Assembly: GCF_000143415.4 (NCBI RefSeq)
Contig: NW_003314475.1
Location: 1-26,721 of the forward strand
Length of the DNA stretch: 26,721 bases
DNA from: Selaginella moellendorffii
Taxonomy: Eukaryota; Plantae; Lycopodiophyta
Direction: 5' to 3'
Positions 1 to 11,388 of the stretch are shown in pieces; position 1 is the first letter of the stretch, and each line of letters starts with the position of its first letter. The translations under genes and the position numbers were made by a program. The notes below the pieces were generated by a model. That model did not search any database. It saw only the letters and a list, made by a program, of their open reading frames with translations, and had not been told where the DNA came from.

Positions 1-44
1 CTTGAGTAGGGTTCCCTAAAAAGGGTGATCACCAGTACAACTCC

Positions 45-530
45 TCCTTGGGACAAGAATTTTGGGGGGGGGGAGAATTGTTAGGCACCAACTTTGACCA
101 TGTGGTCAATGTCAGTAAGGGTATATTAAGGCATGTTAAGGTAAGGGACTTAACCTACCCTAGGGCTCATAGTGGAGTGGCAGCACAATGGAGTTTTTAA
201 AGTAGCTCGGGGGTGGTTGGGTGGTGAGGAACCTCAAGAAGTGACATAGCATAGTCTAGGGAGACGAAATCTCTATCTTTTTGTGCCGGATCGTAATAGT
301 GGGCACTAGCACCAAGGCTCCATGACTGGCCCTAGGGGGGAGGATCAGGAGCAATTGTGGGTGAGTGGTTATAGATTTCGAATCTTACTATCTCGATGGT
401 AAGCTTTTGCTAATTCTGATTGTTAAGTAGCATGCACTGTTTCATGAGCATCTTTATCATGACTTCTCCACTCCATAGGTTTTTGGAGACAGACACTTTC
501 TTTGTTTTCTTTCTCTATGGCTGCCTCACA
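45..530 (+). mobile_element. 3' end of an LTR retrotransposon: polypurine tract (64-76) and candidate 3' LTR (79-530)
   Basis: CCTTGGGACAAG..., then G10AGA polypurine tract, then TGTTAGGCA at 79; TGCCTCACA at 522-530 is an 8/9 inverted match to the start (TG...CA). The 5' LTR and TSD lie outside the window. Confidence 0.55.
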
Positions 531-1852
531 TTAAGTTTTCTGATTTCCTAGAGACATGAGTTTGGATTATGAATTGCCAAATAAGATCACTCTGCTGCAA
601 TGGAGCTAGCATACTTGGTGAGATGATTGTCAACCATCCTTCATTGATGGTTTGCTGAGACAATGACAGAAAAGAATGTTACTGTCGGTATAAAAAGTAA
701 AGACTTAAATCATAGCACTTCTCACTCAAGATTTTACTGGTGCACAAGGAGCTCCTAATGATCATCAGTGAGCTTCACATTTTATCTATGAGAGCGAGTG
801 TCATGTTGTCAATGGGGTGACATCACTCTTCCTCTTCCTGCCTGTCCAAAAAGAAACAGAACAGCTAGTCCACTTCACTGCTGCACTGCATTTCTCTCCA
901 CTGGCAGAGTGAGAACTTGTAGCCCTTCAGTGTTGCCAATAGGATTTTTGCGCTTGCCATTCTCGGATGCTCATCACATCCAACGATAATCCCAATTTGT
1001 GCTTGAGTTGTTTTAGAGGTTTTGGCCAGGCACACCCTATACAAGCAGAGGTGAGCTGGAGAGCTGAGCTTTGATCGTGTTGGCAATGCACAACACTGCA
1101 CAAAAGCCTGGCTGTAGGTTTTGGCGGAGCATAGGAAAAGTGTTTTTTCAAAATTTATTCTAAGATGGTGCAAATCTACCTTGTATGTATTAATATCCAA
1201 GTCTCACAGGCCTTTATATGCCTTTCTTTCTTAGAACAAACAAGGTCCTTCTGTATGACATGCTTTGCTTAAATGTATTAGACCTTTTGACTAGGGGATT
1301 TTCAGATAGCTTTCTATTAGTGATTCACCCTGGACAAAGGCCAAATCTGGGCAGCCTTGTTGCTCCCTTCAAGTTGCCCTTGCCTTGTGTCATTAGATTC
1401 AGATTTTCTGTCCCATCTGATTCCCAGCTCAAGCTTTATGTGGTGCTCCCTCTCTGGTTTTGAACCTGTGTATAGCATTGTTTCTTGCTTGGATATGGAA
1501 ACTCCTGGAGTGGGCAAGCTGGTCTGCCCAGCTTTAACCTGGACAAAGGCCGAACCTGGGCAGCCGGGCTTGCGTCTTTGAAGTTTCCCTTGCCATATGT
1601 CAACAGATTTGGAGTCTGTATCTATCTGATCCCAGCTTAATTGCCCCTTTGAGTTAGGTGCCATGTGTTGCAGTCCAAGGACTTGGACACAGTGACCTCC
1701 AACCGGTCTTTCATTTGGAGTTAGTGTCCGATACAGTTCAACTGCGAATACCAGTCCAATGTCACCATGACTGAGTCCAAGGACTTGGAGATGGTGAGCT
1801 TGTAGGCCATCTTGGACATGGTGACTAATACATGTCGACTGCAAGTACCAGT

Positions 1853-2010
1853 CCAAGGGGAAGTGAGTGGATGCGACTTCCCATGGCTCTCACCCTACCA
1901 TACTTCCAAGGGGGAGCTGGGGATGTGACTTCCCATGGCTCACACCCTACCATAATTGTGAGGGGGAGTTGGGGATGCAACTTCCTGTAGCTCACACCTT
2001 ACCATAATTT
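1853..2010. repeat. Three tandem copies of a ~53-bp unit
   Basis: Units start at about 1853, 1906 and 1959; consensus approx. AGGGGGAGYTGGGGATGYGACTTCCCATGGCTCACACCCTACCATA. Confidence 0.9.
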
Positions 2011-2566
2011 TGGTTCACCTTGGGCAATATGAATTGTACCCTCAGAATTTTTGTTTTTTATCTAGTAGCTCTTGCTACTGCACCCAGAAAATGGCTCAAT
2101 TCACTTGGGCATCCAGAATTCCAAATACCACAAACCGAGATGTGCATAGGCCACTGCACACTGGGAAAAGAACAACTCCCCAACACGGATACAGATGAGT
2201 GACCTATGCTCACATGAGGAAGCCAACTTGGTGCAGCTATGGGAGAGAATACAGCAAGCATGCTGGTCACCTACCCATAGTGGGGAAGAATGCCCCATAG
2301 GCAATAGGTTTCACAGCCATACTTGTTTAGCCCCATTCCAAATACCACAACCAAGTGACTCTCCTAGAAGAGCAAGAATACTATCAACCACACTACAAAC
2401 CTTGAGAATGGCATTTGTAAAACATTGGTGTCTTGTCTCTTTACATATACTTATTGTTAGCCCTTCAAGCCGGGTGTGAGAGAAGTCTTTGGTGCTATAT
2501 TCTTCCTGTCTTAACAACAGTAAGAATGTAGGGAAGACATAGACAATGACCTGAGGAATGTCATGT

Positions 2567-2729
2567 TGTAAATATAAAGGGAAAAAGCCCATGAATAAAA
2601 GTGCACCCCCTTTTCCAATCAATTAAGGATCTTAGGATATTTAGGATTAAGCATCTTTGGGTTTGAATAATATTGAGTTGAGTGGCCTCCTGAGAAGTCC
2701 ATATTCAGAAATTTACATTTGGTATCAGA
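2567..2729 (+). mobile_element. Decayed Cassandra-like TRIM: 5' LTR (2567-2717) with 5S rRNA-derived segment (2647-2700) and tRNA-iMet PBS (2720-2729); truncated
   Basis: LTR ends TGTAAAT...ATTTACA form a perfect 7-bp inverted repeat; TT+TGGTATCAGA follows. 2647-2700 aligns without gaps to the plant 5S internal control region as I recall it (39/54 by hand, ending GGCCTCCTGAGAAGTCC). Confidence 0.75.
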
Positions 2730-3524
2730 AAGGTCTCAGGTCCAACTATATTGGTTGGCTAAAGGAATTATACCACATGTTGATTAACATTTGAGAGGTC
2801 CCATTTGCTCTAGTTGACTCTATCACCAACACACATCATAACATAATAAATAAAACTCATAACATTGTATCTTTGATCTTTTATAAGTGGAATTACTCAT
2901 TATGAAATCCCACTCTTAAGGATAGATTTGATGTGAATGGCTGCACGAGTGAAAATCTAGAAACTTGATATTCTGTGAGAGGAAGAAGCTAAAGCTTTAA
3001 AAAATCATACATGTCTATAGATGTTTATAGTGGCAGTGGTAGGGATTATTATTTTGTATTCTGCTCTATATGACTTACCATATTTGGTATGATCTATATC
3101 ATAGACTTGTAGTTTTAGAAAAAAAATTTGTCTATGTACTAAAATTCAAATTATATTATTAAGATATATGCATATTATAATATTTTTATTACAGTATTGA
3201 TAATTTTAGTGATAATATTATATTACAGTATTAAAATTATACATTAGTGATAATATTATAATTTTAACATTTAAAATGATTTATTAATTCACATATTTAT
3301 ATGTAACAAAAATTATATGTATTAAATCTATTCTGTAGCAATGTTTGCCAATACTTAGTAAATTTAAACGATTTTTAACTAATTACATTATTACAAATTG
3401 TTTTAATCATTCATCAACTTCTACACAACATTAGGTTTGAAAGCTCCAACTTGGCTTATACTTAGAAACCTGATACCACACACAACAAATTATAAAACAA
3501 TAGTAGAAAGAAATAAAACATACT

Positions 3525-4765
3525 TTTTGTTTTCTCACACATTTTTTCTTTTAAGTGTCAAGTCTAACTATAATTTTTTGGTATTTCTGTAGCTCTCAAG
3601 CTTGCAACAAATCTTCAGATTGTACATCTTTGATCAAATAGAGTCCATTACGGTCAAAAAAACAGTATATTCATCATCTTGTATTGCAGCCAGCTTACAT
3701 GCAGGCATCTCGACAATTTCATTAGCATCATCAAATGCAACCGCCCATATATGTCCAGTGCTGTCCAGAATACACAACTGTAGCATATTTGAAGTGAATA
3801 TCTCCAGAATCAGTGTCACAAGAGTTGCATTGCCACATACTTTCTGAAACCTGAGTAACCTTCTTGCCACATTGCCTTCCATTGACAACCTTCATGCATG
3901 CTGGGTAATAGAAGTCACCAGTCTGGAATTCTTTCACTGACACAATAACACGAAAAATAGCAGAGAACTCAGAAACCTTCAGGTTGATAGACAACATCTC
4001 ATTGTACCAGAAATCACTGCTTTAGAAGAAGAGTTGGTCACATGGACAAATATGGTTGTGTTGTAGCTAGCAACCATCCATTCACACAGCCATGAGACAT
4101 CTTCTAATTCAAGATCAACTAAAAGGTTAGAGCCACCTGTGACTGAAATGGACTTGCCATTGTAATCTGAAATCCGGCTGCCCTTCACGCATACAATAGG
4201 CCTCTCTCCTTGTCCAGGTTTCTCCTCGATTTATCTTCAGCCTTTGAATCCCACAGACACATGTCTATACTATGGCCCAATTCATCACTCAAAGAAAGCA
4301 TCCTCCTCATGAATGCTCCAGAATCCTTAGGAGAAATGTTTGTCCAATCCACATTACACCGCCAATCACGTCTACAAATGTCTCTTGGCCGAACTTAGAA
4401 GCAAGATCATCCTCTACACACTTGATCTCCATAGTCTTGCTTGCTTTTATCTCCCAATTTGATTTATATGGTGTATATGCAGGTTTAGAGCACTGTACAC
4501 CACTGTTCCCTGAAAATATATAGCACTGCCTTGCTCAATCTTGCTTGAAAGATGTTTTGCATTCTCGCCAAACCCAACAATACGTATTTCAGAATTCTCT
4601 GCATCAGCAACATCAACTGACATAACACACCCAGCTGTGCCTGTTTCAAAGAATACAAGTTTCCCTTTGTGTGTCACCTTGGTGCAAAAAGACCATCGAT
4701 AGCAGTGGTTGTTGATGTCCTTAATTGGCATCTCATTGATCATGAGCTTCTTAGAACTCTCTCCC
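3525..4765 (-). pseudogene. RPA70/RPA1-like ssDNA-binding protein pseudogene (OB folds A, B, C with Zn finger), copy 1
   Basis: WSFCTKVTHKG...SVDVADAENSEIRIVGF (DBD-A); LSDE..HSIDMCLWD...KGSRISDYNGKSIS (DBD-B); FYYPACMK...CGKKV...WQCNSC and LDSTGHIWAVAFDD (DBD-C). Broken by frameshifts and stops, with a 42-bp deletion near 4405 relative to copy 2. Confidence 0.9.
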
Positions 4766-5140
4766 TTAACATGAAACAGAGAAAAAGAAATGTAATACTG
4801 TTATATACATACATACATAATATAATTAGTTACAAACAATTTATAACAAAGTAACTAATTTGTAATGTATTTAGACAAAACTAACATTAGTAGTCGTAGT
4901 GCTTTAAATTTATTTTTTTTATCAGAAGACAAATCTGGGAGTGTCATGTATATTTCAGTTGTCAGCTTGTCATTTATATTGTTTCTTTCTATTAACAAAG
5001 AAATATTCAAGCATCAAATTTCATAGGTGGCTATGTTAAAAGTTTTGAATGTGAAAGTGTCAGAAAGATTACTTGATTGTAAGAAGTTCAGCCTTTTCTA
5101 TATCATGATTTTTAAATACATATTCTGTAATTACATAACC

Positions 5141-5744
5141 TCAAAGGATATGCACTTTGGTGTTCATTGAATCACCAATGAAAGGCACATTGAGATTGTA
5201 AACATCTATCACTTTGGCTTCAGTTCCATCGTCTTGGACCATTGACACAACTTTGCAATCTCTAGAGACAGACCAGATATTCTTCTGGCTGCTTGCTGAG
5301 CAGAACATTAAGTTGTAGTTATCTGAGCGAGTAGAGTACGTCATAATCCACGAGTTTTTGTCACAAACGTGCCTCAATAATCCACACACAGTGGGCCTGT
5401 ATATTTGATTGGAGTGTACGAAGTAGTGTGATCCACGCAATGCCATTATATACATCTCTTTCCAGGTATGTAATACATTAGTGGGAGAATTAGGAATGTT
5501 TGTAAACAGCTGATTTACAAACCTTCTGATGTTGAAAGGTTGGGAATATATTCAATGGAATCGTTGCCCCCATCAATGAAAGTTCCCATGTAAGTCAATG
5601 CTTGAAGTGCCTAAAAAAAGACGCCTCAAGATAAACAAATCACAAACTTTAATGAGCATATGACCTCAAGTGCCGGGTTCTTTCAAATGTTCCCCATGTT
5701 TCCGTGCAAAGATCCAGTGCATTGTTCTAGACTCTGACCAATTC
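5141..5744 (-). pseudogene. Two exon-like segments of unknown product (about 5666-5744 and 5141-5610), copy 1
   Basis: AG/GT-bounded segments with a 104-aa frame (LRGSHYFVHSNQIYRPTVCG...) conserved in the other arm; no family recognised. Confidence 0.45.
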
Positions 5745-5863
5745 TGCATAAAAGCTTCATATGCTTCAACATCAGAAATCAAAGAGTAAAGGCACAGATG
5801 TAAAGGCAAAGGTTTATTTTTTTGAAAGAATGTCAAAGTTTCTAGAATGCAAGAACTTGTTGA

Positions 5864-6690
5864 TTACACTTTGAAAGTGAGGTAAGCTTTTTCTCTTTCT
5901 GGTGCAAATGCTAGCACATCTTTGGACTCACTGATTAAGAATTTTCCCTTTGGTGGATGTCCAAACATGTAGTGTTTGGCTTTTGTAGGGTCTTCATTCC
6001 AAGACACTTTTGTTCCATACAGTTGATCAACCAAATGTGAAGGTATAGTTACTTGGAACGTGTCTTGTCCAAGGTGAAGCTGGGCCTTTAGCGTGATGTG
6101 TTCCTCTATAGGTCCTGCATATTTACATATTTTACATATTGCTTCATCTTTAGAAGTTTGTTGCAATCTTGATCCACAGTATGATGAACAAACTGTGTGT
6201 ATAAAAACTGGACGGAGCTTATCTACTTCAAGGTATCCAGGTATCTGCAAAACAACATGTATTTAATATGGGCTTGTTTCATTTCCTTTCGCACTTACCT
6301 CTGTGTATTCCCTTGCAATATTCTGAAAAACAGTGTCAAGGAATTATTTTGGCATCATCTATTATACATGAAACAATGCTTATGCCTGTGATATTTGCTC
6401 TCTTGAAATAACCATCTCCTTGGAAATTAATGAAACATCTTGTTGGTGGAGTTCCAGAAAAAAATTCATTCATCAACTCTTTGAATAATTCCATCATATT
6501 GCCATGGAATTTGAGCTGTCATTATATAGATTATTGTCACGAATCCACATGCTATATTGAACTTACTATTATCATATCAGACTCGTCGATGTTATCTGCT
6601 ATTGTGAGTTGACCACTGTTTTAGCCTATATCATTGATGCTCACTACAACACCTTCAGCAGAACCTACAGAGTCTCGGCCTCTACATGAC
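5864..6690 (-). pseudogene. Second OB-fold/Zn-ribbon gene fragment (RPA DBD-C-like), copy 1
   Basis: Exon 5864-6244: CSSYC...CKIC then HITLKAQLHLGQDTFQVTI. Upstream exon about 6299-6690 reads EGVVVSINDIG...GQLTIADNIDE with stops; short GT-AG intron between them. Confidence 0.55.
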
Positions 6691-7011
6691 TCCAAAAAGT
6701 TTGCAATGCTGACAGTTGGTACAGACAGACGAAGTTGTGGCACTATAAGCTATTACCTAAAAGCTTACGTTTTCTTCTTAGCATAAGAGATGCTCATCAT
6801 TGTGGTGGGTCAATAAAAAGAGATATGCCAGATGCACTGGGCCTGGGTTGGAACTCAAGTCATCATGTTGTTTCGCATTTCTCTAGCATGACTCCACATT
6901 CAAATATATATAACCACAGATACCACCTACTCAAAAATAAACTGGACATAACCATAAAGGAAGTGCATAGAAAGAAAAATAGGCAGCTAGCCTCTTCCCA
7001 CTCTTTCATGC

Positions 7012-7790
7012 ACTGTGCTCCATGCACAGTGTGCGAGTGGAATCCCGAATGGGACAGCCTTTCGCCTGATGAGCAGGCCAGGCTCAAGGCTCAGAAGAGC
7101 ATGAAATACGTTTGCCTCGACAGCTTACAGGTGCTCAACTCCGAAACTCTGGAACCGGTTGCCAAGGACGGTGTCACCATTGGTGAAGTTTGCATGCGTG
7201 GGAACATGGTGTTCAAGGGGTACTTGAACAATCCAGAGGCAATGCTGGAGAGCTTTAGAGGAGGATGGTTCCACTCCAGGAACTTGGCAGTTTGGCATCC
7301 CGATGGATACATCAAGATCAAGGATTGAGCCAAGGATATTATCATTTCTGGAGGGGAGAACATTAGCAGCCTGGAAGTGGAGAGCATCTTGTACAGGTAA
7401 AAGGAGAGTTTTTTTCTTCTTTGTTTCTCATTAAAGTTTGCTTCTTTTTCTTCCAGGCATCCAGCAGTGTTGGAAGCTGCTGTGGTGGCGCGGCCAGATG
7501 AGCAGTGGGGCGAGTCTTGTGCATTTGTGTCCCTCAAGCACGGCGTGAGAAGCAACAAGGAGGAGATACTCTCGTTCTCTCCACAGCATTTGCCAAAGTT
7601 CATGGTGCCAAAGAGCATCGTCATTCTCACGGCCTTGGACAAAACCGCGACTGGCAAGATCCAAAAACAGGTGCTGCGCAGCAAAGCAAGAGCTCTTGGC
7701 AGCATCAAGCAAATCAGCAAGCTCTACAAGCCAACTATTGAACTTGTAAAGCTTAAAATCGTTCACGGGCCTGGAAAATCCCCAGTCTAG
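7012..7790 (+). pseudogene. 3' half of an acyl-activating enzyme (AMP-binding acyl-CoA ligase, AAE1/AAE7/AAE11-like clade), copy 1
   Basis: TIGEVCMRGNMVFKGYLNNPEA...[34 protein letters not shown], intron 7397-7456, EAAVVARPDEQWGE, KTATGKIQK. TGA at 7326-7328 where Arg is expected; GDL decayed to RNL; N-terminal half absent. Confidence 0.93.
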
Positions 7791-8880
7791 CTTGGCAGTT
7801 TTAAACCAGTCAGCTACTGTTCCGTCTGTTGTAATGTTCTGGAATGACAAATAAATAAATAACATGCAAGAACCAAGAACGCAATTCATCTACCTCAAAC
7901 AGTAGCTTTGTCTTATCAGCTGTCACTCTTGCATATCCAAATGCCGACCTTCAAATCAAGCTCCATGAACTAAACTGTCGACAAAAAAAAAGGAAAGGTA
8001 GAATATCAATACCATATAAAGAGCTTGAATATAGGAAATAAAGCTGCAAGCTTACATTATGGGGGAAGTCATCCAGGCTGAATTCGGCCATGCCAACCAC
8101 GGCGTGAACTGGAGCCTATTAAATTCTAGTGTCAAAGAAATCAACACCCGCTAAATCCTTGATCGGGTGCTGCAGGCAGCGGCCCTGAAACACAGCACAA
8201 GTTCGCTCATAGTTGTGAACATGCCCCCAAACTGCTAAATCAACTTGTGCAAAAAAAAAAAAAAAGAAAAACGACAGTTTCATTCTAGTTTTCCCTTTGA
8301 AGAGCTTGTGTTTTACCTTGTTTCTCAAGAGCAATGGTTCCACAGCTGCTACAAATTTTGGATCCACATTTGGTAAAGTTTACAGTTGAGTGGAGTACAT
8401 AGGTCGATGACTGAAAGAAAAATAGCACACATCAGTTTACAGAATGAAAATGTGGATAAAAACAGTTACCCTGTGAAAACTATCCATGGTGTACTGAATC
8501 TGTCGACAAATTCAAGGTTGGATTTCATCCAAGCGTACTGTAGAAGAAGGTTTCATTGAAGTAAAGATGAAAAGAATAAGAATGCATACTTGTTCGCTGG
8601 TCAAGCTCCAGTCGTGTTCTGTAGAGATGACTGTGAAATGCACGGGGCTGATAGCCATCGAGTACCACATGTCTTGGACAGGCATCCGAAAATAAGTTCG
8701 ATATGGACTCCACACTTGCCACCTGAGTCTGGTGTGTTATACAAAGATCCTGAGCCTGGATAATCTCTGAAAACCACACAGATCAATCTACAAGTTTTCG
8801 TAAGACTTTGTGTGTATCTCGTGTGGTTTTCAATGGCTGTCATGTACACAGTCTTGGATGCTACTGGAACAGTGACAGAG
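7790..8880 (-). pseudogene. 3' part of a purple acid phosphatase (nucleotide pyrophosphatase/phosphodiesterase, PAP1/24/27-like)
   Basis: Spliced exons read PVASKTVYMTAIENHT (decayed GNHE), DYPGSGSLYNTPDSGG, VHFTVISTEHDW, TPWIVFTGHRPMYS, WGHVHNYERTCAV, APVHAVVGMA, FGYARVTADKTKLLFE, ITTDGTVADWF; stops and frameshifts present. Confidence 0.92.
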
Positions 8881-9289
8881 AAATGGAGGCAAGACCTGAC
8901 AGCTAGGTTTTGGATAGATTTGTAAAAGAGAAAGCAAGCCATACAATTTCAGCCAGCATAGAAGAACACGTAAACCAACCTTATCAAGATGGGGCACCAT
9001 GCATGCAGCACTGTACGCAACACCATTTTCTTACCAGAAGAAAATATATTTCCGAAGTACACTGAAAGAGAATTCTGCACACACACAGGGAAAGCAGAAG
9101 AGAGGGAGAACCTTGCAGTAACCCATAGATTTGCCTGCTCTTTGCATAGCACCTTGTGGTTCTCCTCGCTCTCGTTCACCCTAAAAGCCACAATTAAAAA
9201 GTTTCTGATTTGAAAAGTTACGACCTTTTGTAATTATATCTCAGCCGTTAGATCTTGGCATATGCCCAGAATAAGCGTCCCAGCTCCAT
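8880..9289 (-). repeat. Module Y (orphan exon-like fragments), copy 1; inverted relative to 21968-22410 and 26237-26690
   Basis: Reverse complement matches GGGCATATGCCAARATCTAACGG...GAGCAGGCAAATCTATG...CCTCCATTTC in both other copies; contains a TTTTAG...AAG/GT exon-like block (VNESEENHKVLCKEQANLWVTAR). Confidence 0.9.
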
Positions 9290-10900
9290 AACCACCTGTA
9301 AGAGGACTCTTGAAGTTGAAGAAAGCGAAGCTCCATATGAAGGAAGATATAATAAAATAACATTAATTTTTAGTATCTTTATAACTAAGAATAGTGTGCT
9401 AAATCAATTTTATTCTACAAGATTAGCATTTTCTAAAACATCCATCTTACAACTGATATAAATCCCAGCTGAAAATATGTTGCTTTTCTAATAAATTTCT
9501 TTAAAAATAGAGATTATATTTTATACTTAATGTAGATAATGGTATTCTATAGTATTTAATAAAGCCAAACATTTCTTAGAGTTAGAAGGAAGCAGTGGTT
9601 CTTGCAATATAAAATATATTTTAATTATTCATGTATATAGTAGTATGTTAGATAATTTTATAATTTTTAGTTTTATGTAATTTAAATCTATGTTTGAAAA
9701 ATCTAATTTATAGTATAAGAGAATGATGAAGTAGAGTGGATAAAATGAAAAACAATAACCCTTTACTCACAAATGATAAGTTTGATACAACAAAGTATAT
9801 TTTTTAGAAATGTAAATACAAAATAAATTAACCTTATATATATATTGATAATATTATTATATTAATATAAATATATTTAATATATAAATATGTTAATATT
9901 ATTATGTACATAGTAATGTGCTAGATCTATGTTTTCGATTAATAATTTATTTTTTATAATTTAAATATTTTATAGTTGATGTTCATTTTTAAAAATAATT
10001 TAGACTCATATCATCTCACTTCTTGAAGTTGTCCATGCTTAAAACTAATTAAATAGAGAACTCTTATAACTAATTTTATGTTCTCCATACAATTATTTAT
10101 AAACATTAAAAGAACTACTTAACAACATATCCATTGTTGGAGAAGCAGAAGTTGCAAAACTGGGTCAAGTTAGCCCATGCTTACTTACCTCATCATAAGG
10201 AGTTTGCTGAGCTTATTGTTGTCTATCACTGTGGATTTTACTTTATTTACTTATATATTTATATTATATGAAAAAATTAAGGTATGATATACTCTTAGTG
10301 TAATGTGCTGGTTGATGTGACCATGAAAAATTCACAAACCCTAATTTTTCTATGAAAATTCTTAATCCTGACAAGGATAACAAGGATTTATGGATTTGTA
10401 TTGCAAATTTCTTCTCTTATATGTGCATTCATTTAAAAAGTTAAAAAATAAAACTTTTGCAATTACTCTCCATAAGAGTTACTTTTAATTAGAAGTTTTT
10501 CTCCAAAACTTCTGGAATTTCAAAGATGAAGAAATAAAGGAAAAAAGAAATAAGAAAAATAAATAGCCATGTAAAATTAAAAGTAATTACATCTAATCAA
10601 TATTAGTATACAATTGTTTATCAAAATAATTTCTAGGAATTTCATTATATTATCTAGTGTCAGTAATGTATTAGTCAGATTCACTAACTAATATTAATAA
10701 CATTTCAAAATTTAACAAACTGCAGCTCCACTTCTTCAGTTTCTTAGTGTACTTTAGCTTCACTGTATTTTTAAATTGAAATGCATAGTTTTATCATAAA
10801 GCATTAGTACTGGTTTGTGTTAATACAAAATTATCTCTCTAATATAATTATATTTTTTGGATGTACCTCTTTTCAAACACCTCTAATGTAGTGTGATGAG

Positions 10901-11388
10901 CTAGATAGATTTACTTATGTATATTTTTAAATGTAAAGCCAGATACATAATAGAAATTCTATTATTCTTTTGTAAACTATGAAAGCTAGAAGCAACACTA
11001 CAGTTCAAATAGAAAAACTTTAGCTCAATATGCAATCTAAATTATAATTTTGCCAAACTAACCTATTATTTTTTGGTAGTATATAAATCTTTGGTTTTGT
11101 AAAAACTGAAAGCATGGCAGCAATCTTGTAGATGTTTTTAGTTTTTTATACCTTTTTATAAAGGCAATAAAAGAATTCAAATTCAAATTTAATGATGATT
11201 ATAAAATAATCTTATCTTCCCAAACACTTGCATTATTATCTAATTGCATTATTTTCCATTTCTCTAGAGATGAATAGTAGCAAAATTTAGATAATTTAAG
11301 CTTGTATAGAATCAGAATTTCTAACATTGTAAAATTAGAAAAGAAGATCTATCTATCTTGGGTATGCTATATGTCCCAACATATATTT
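10901..11388 (+). repeat. Dispersed direct repeat X (partner 25712-26200)
   Basis: Both start CTAGATAGATTTACTTATGT and share CCAAACTAACCTATTATT, AGCATGGCAGCAATCTTGT and AACACTTGCATTATTAT; more diverged than the large inverted repeat. Confidence 0.9.

Larger units (their letters stand above)
2814..8106. repeat. Left arm of a large inverted duplication (partner 12911-20707)
   Basis: Continuous reverse-complement match: TTGACTCTATCA at 2814 with TGATAGAGTCAA ending at 20707, and GCCAACCACGGC near 8100 with GCCGTGGTTGGC at 12914. The ORF track shows near-identical peptides on opposite strands. Confidence 0.97.

Noticed and set aside
1853-2010. Possible CRISPR array
   Set aside because: Contiguous tandem units without unique spacers, eukaryotic context, no cas genes.
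798-2622. Short ORFs as genes or gag domains
   Set aside because: No recognisable motif; probably decayed transposon sequence but not assignable by eye.
2647-2700. 5S rRNA gene
   Set aside because: Only a diverged ~54-nt internal part, embedded in an LTR; same for 25469-25522.
6735-7328. 197-aa ORF as a functional AAE
   Set aside because: The N-terminal ~90 aa are unrelated sequence fused by chance, and the AAE part has a premature stop and decayed motifs.
7091-7720. Antisense ORFs over AAE (also 14014-14654, 22631-23032)
   Set aside because: Shadow frames of the AAE coding strand.
10336-10344. Telo-box AAACCCTAA
   Set aside because: Single occurrence in AT-rich DNA with no associated gene; could be chance.
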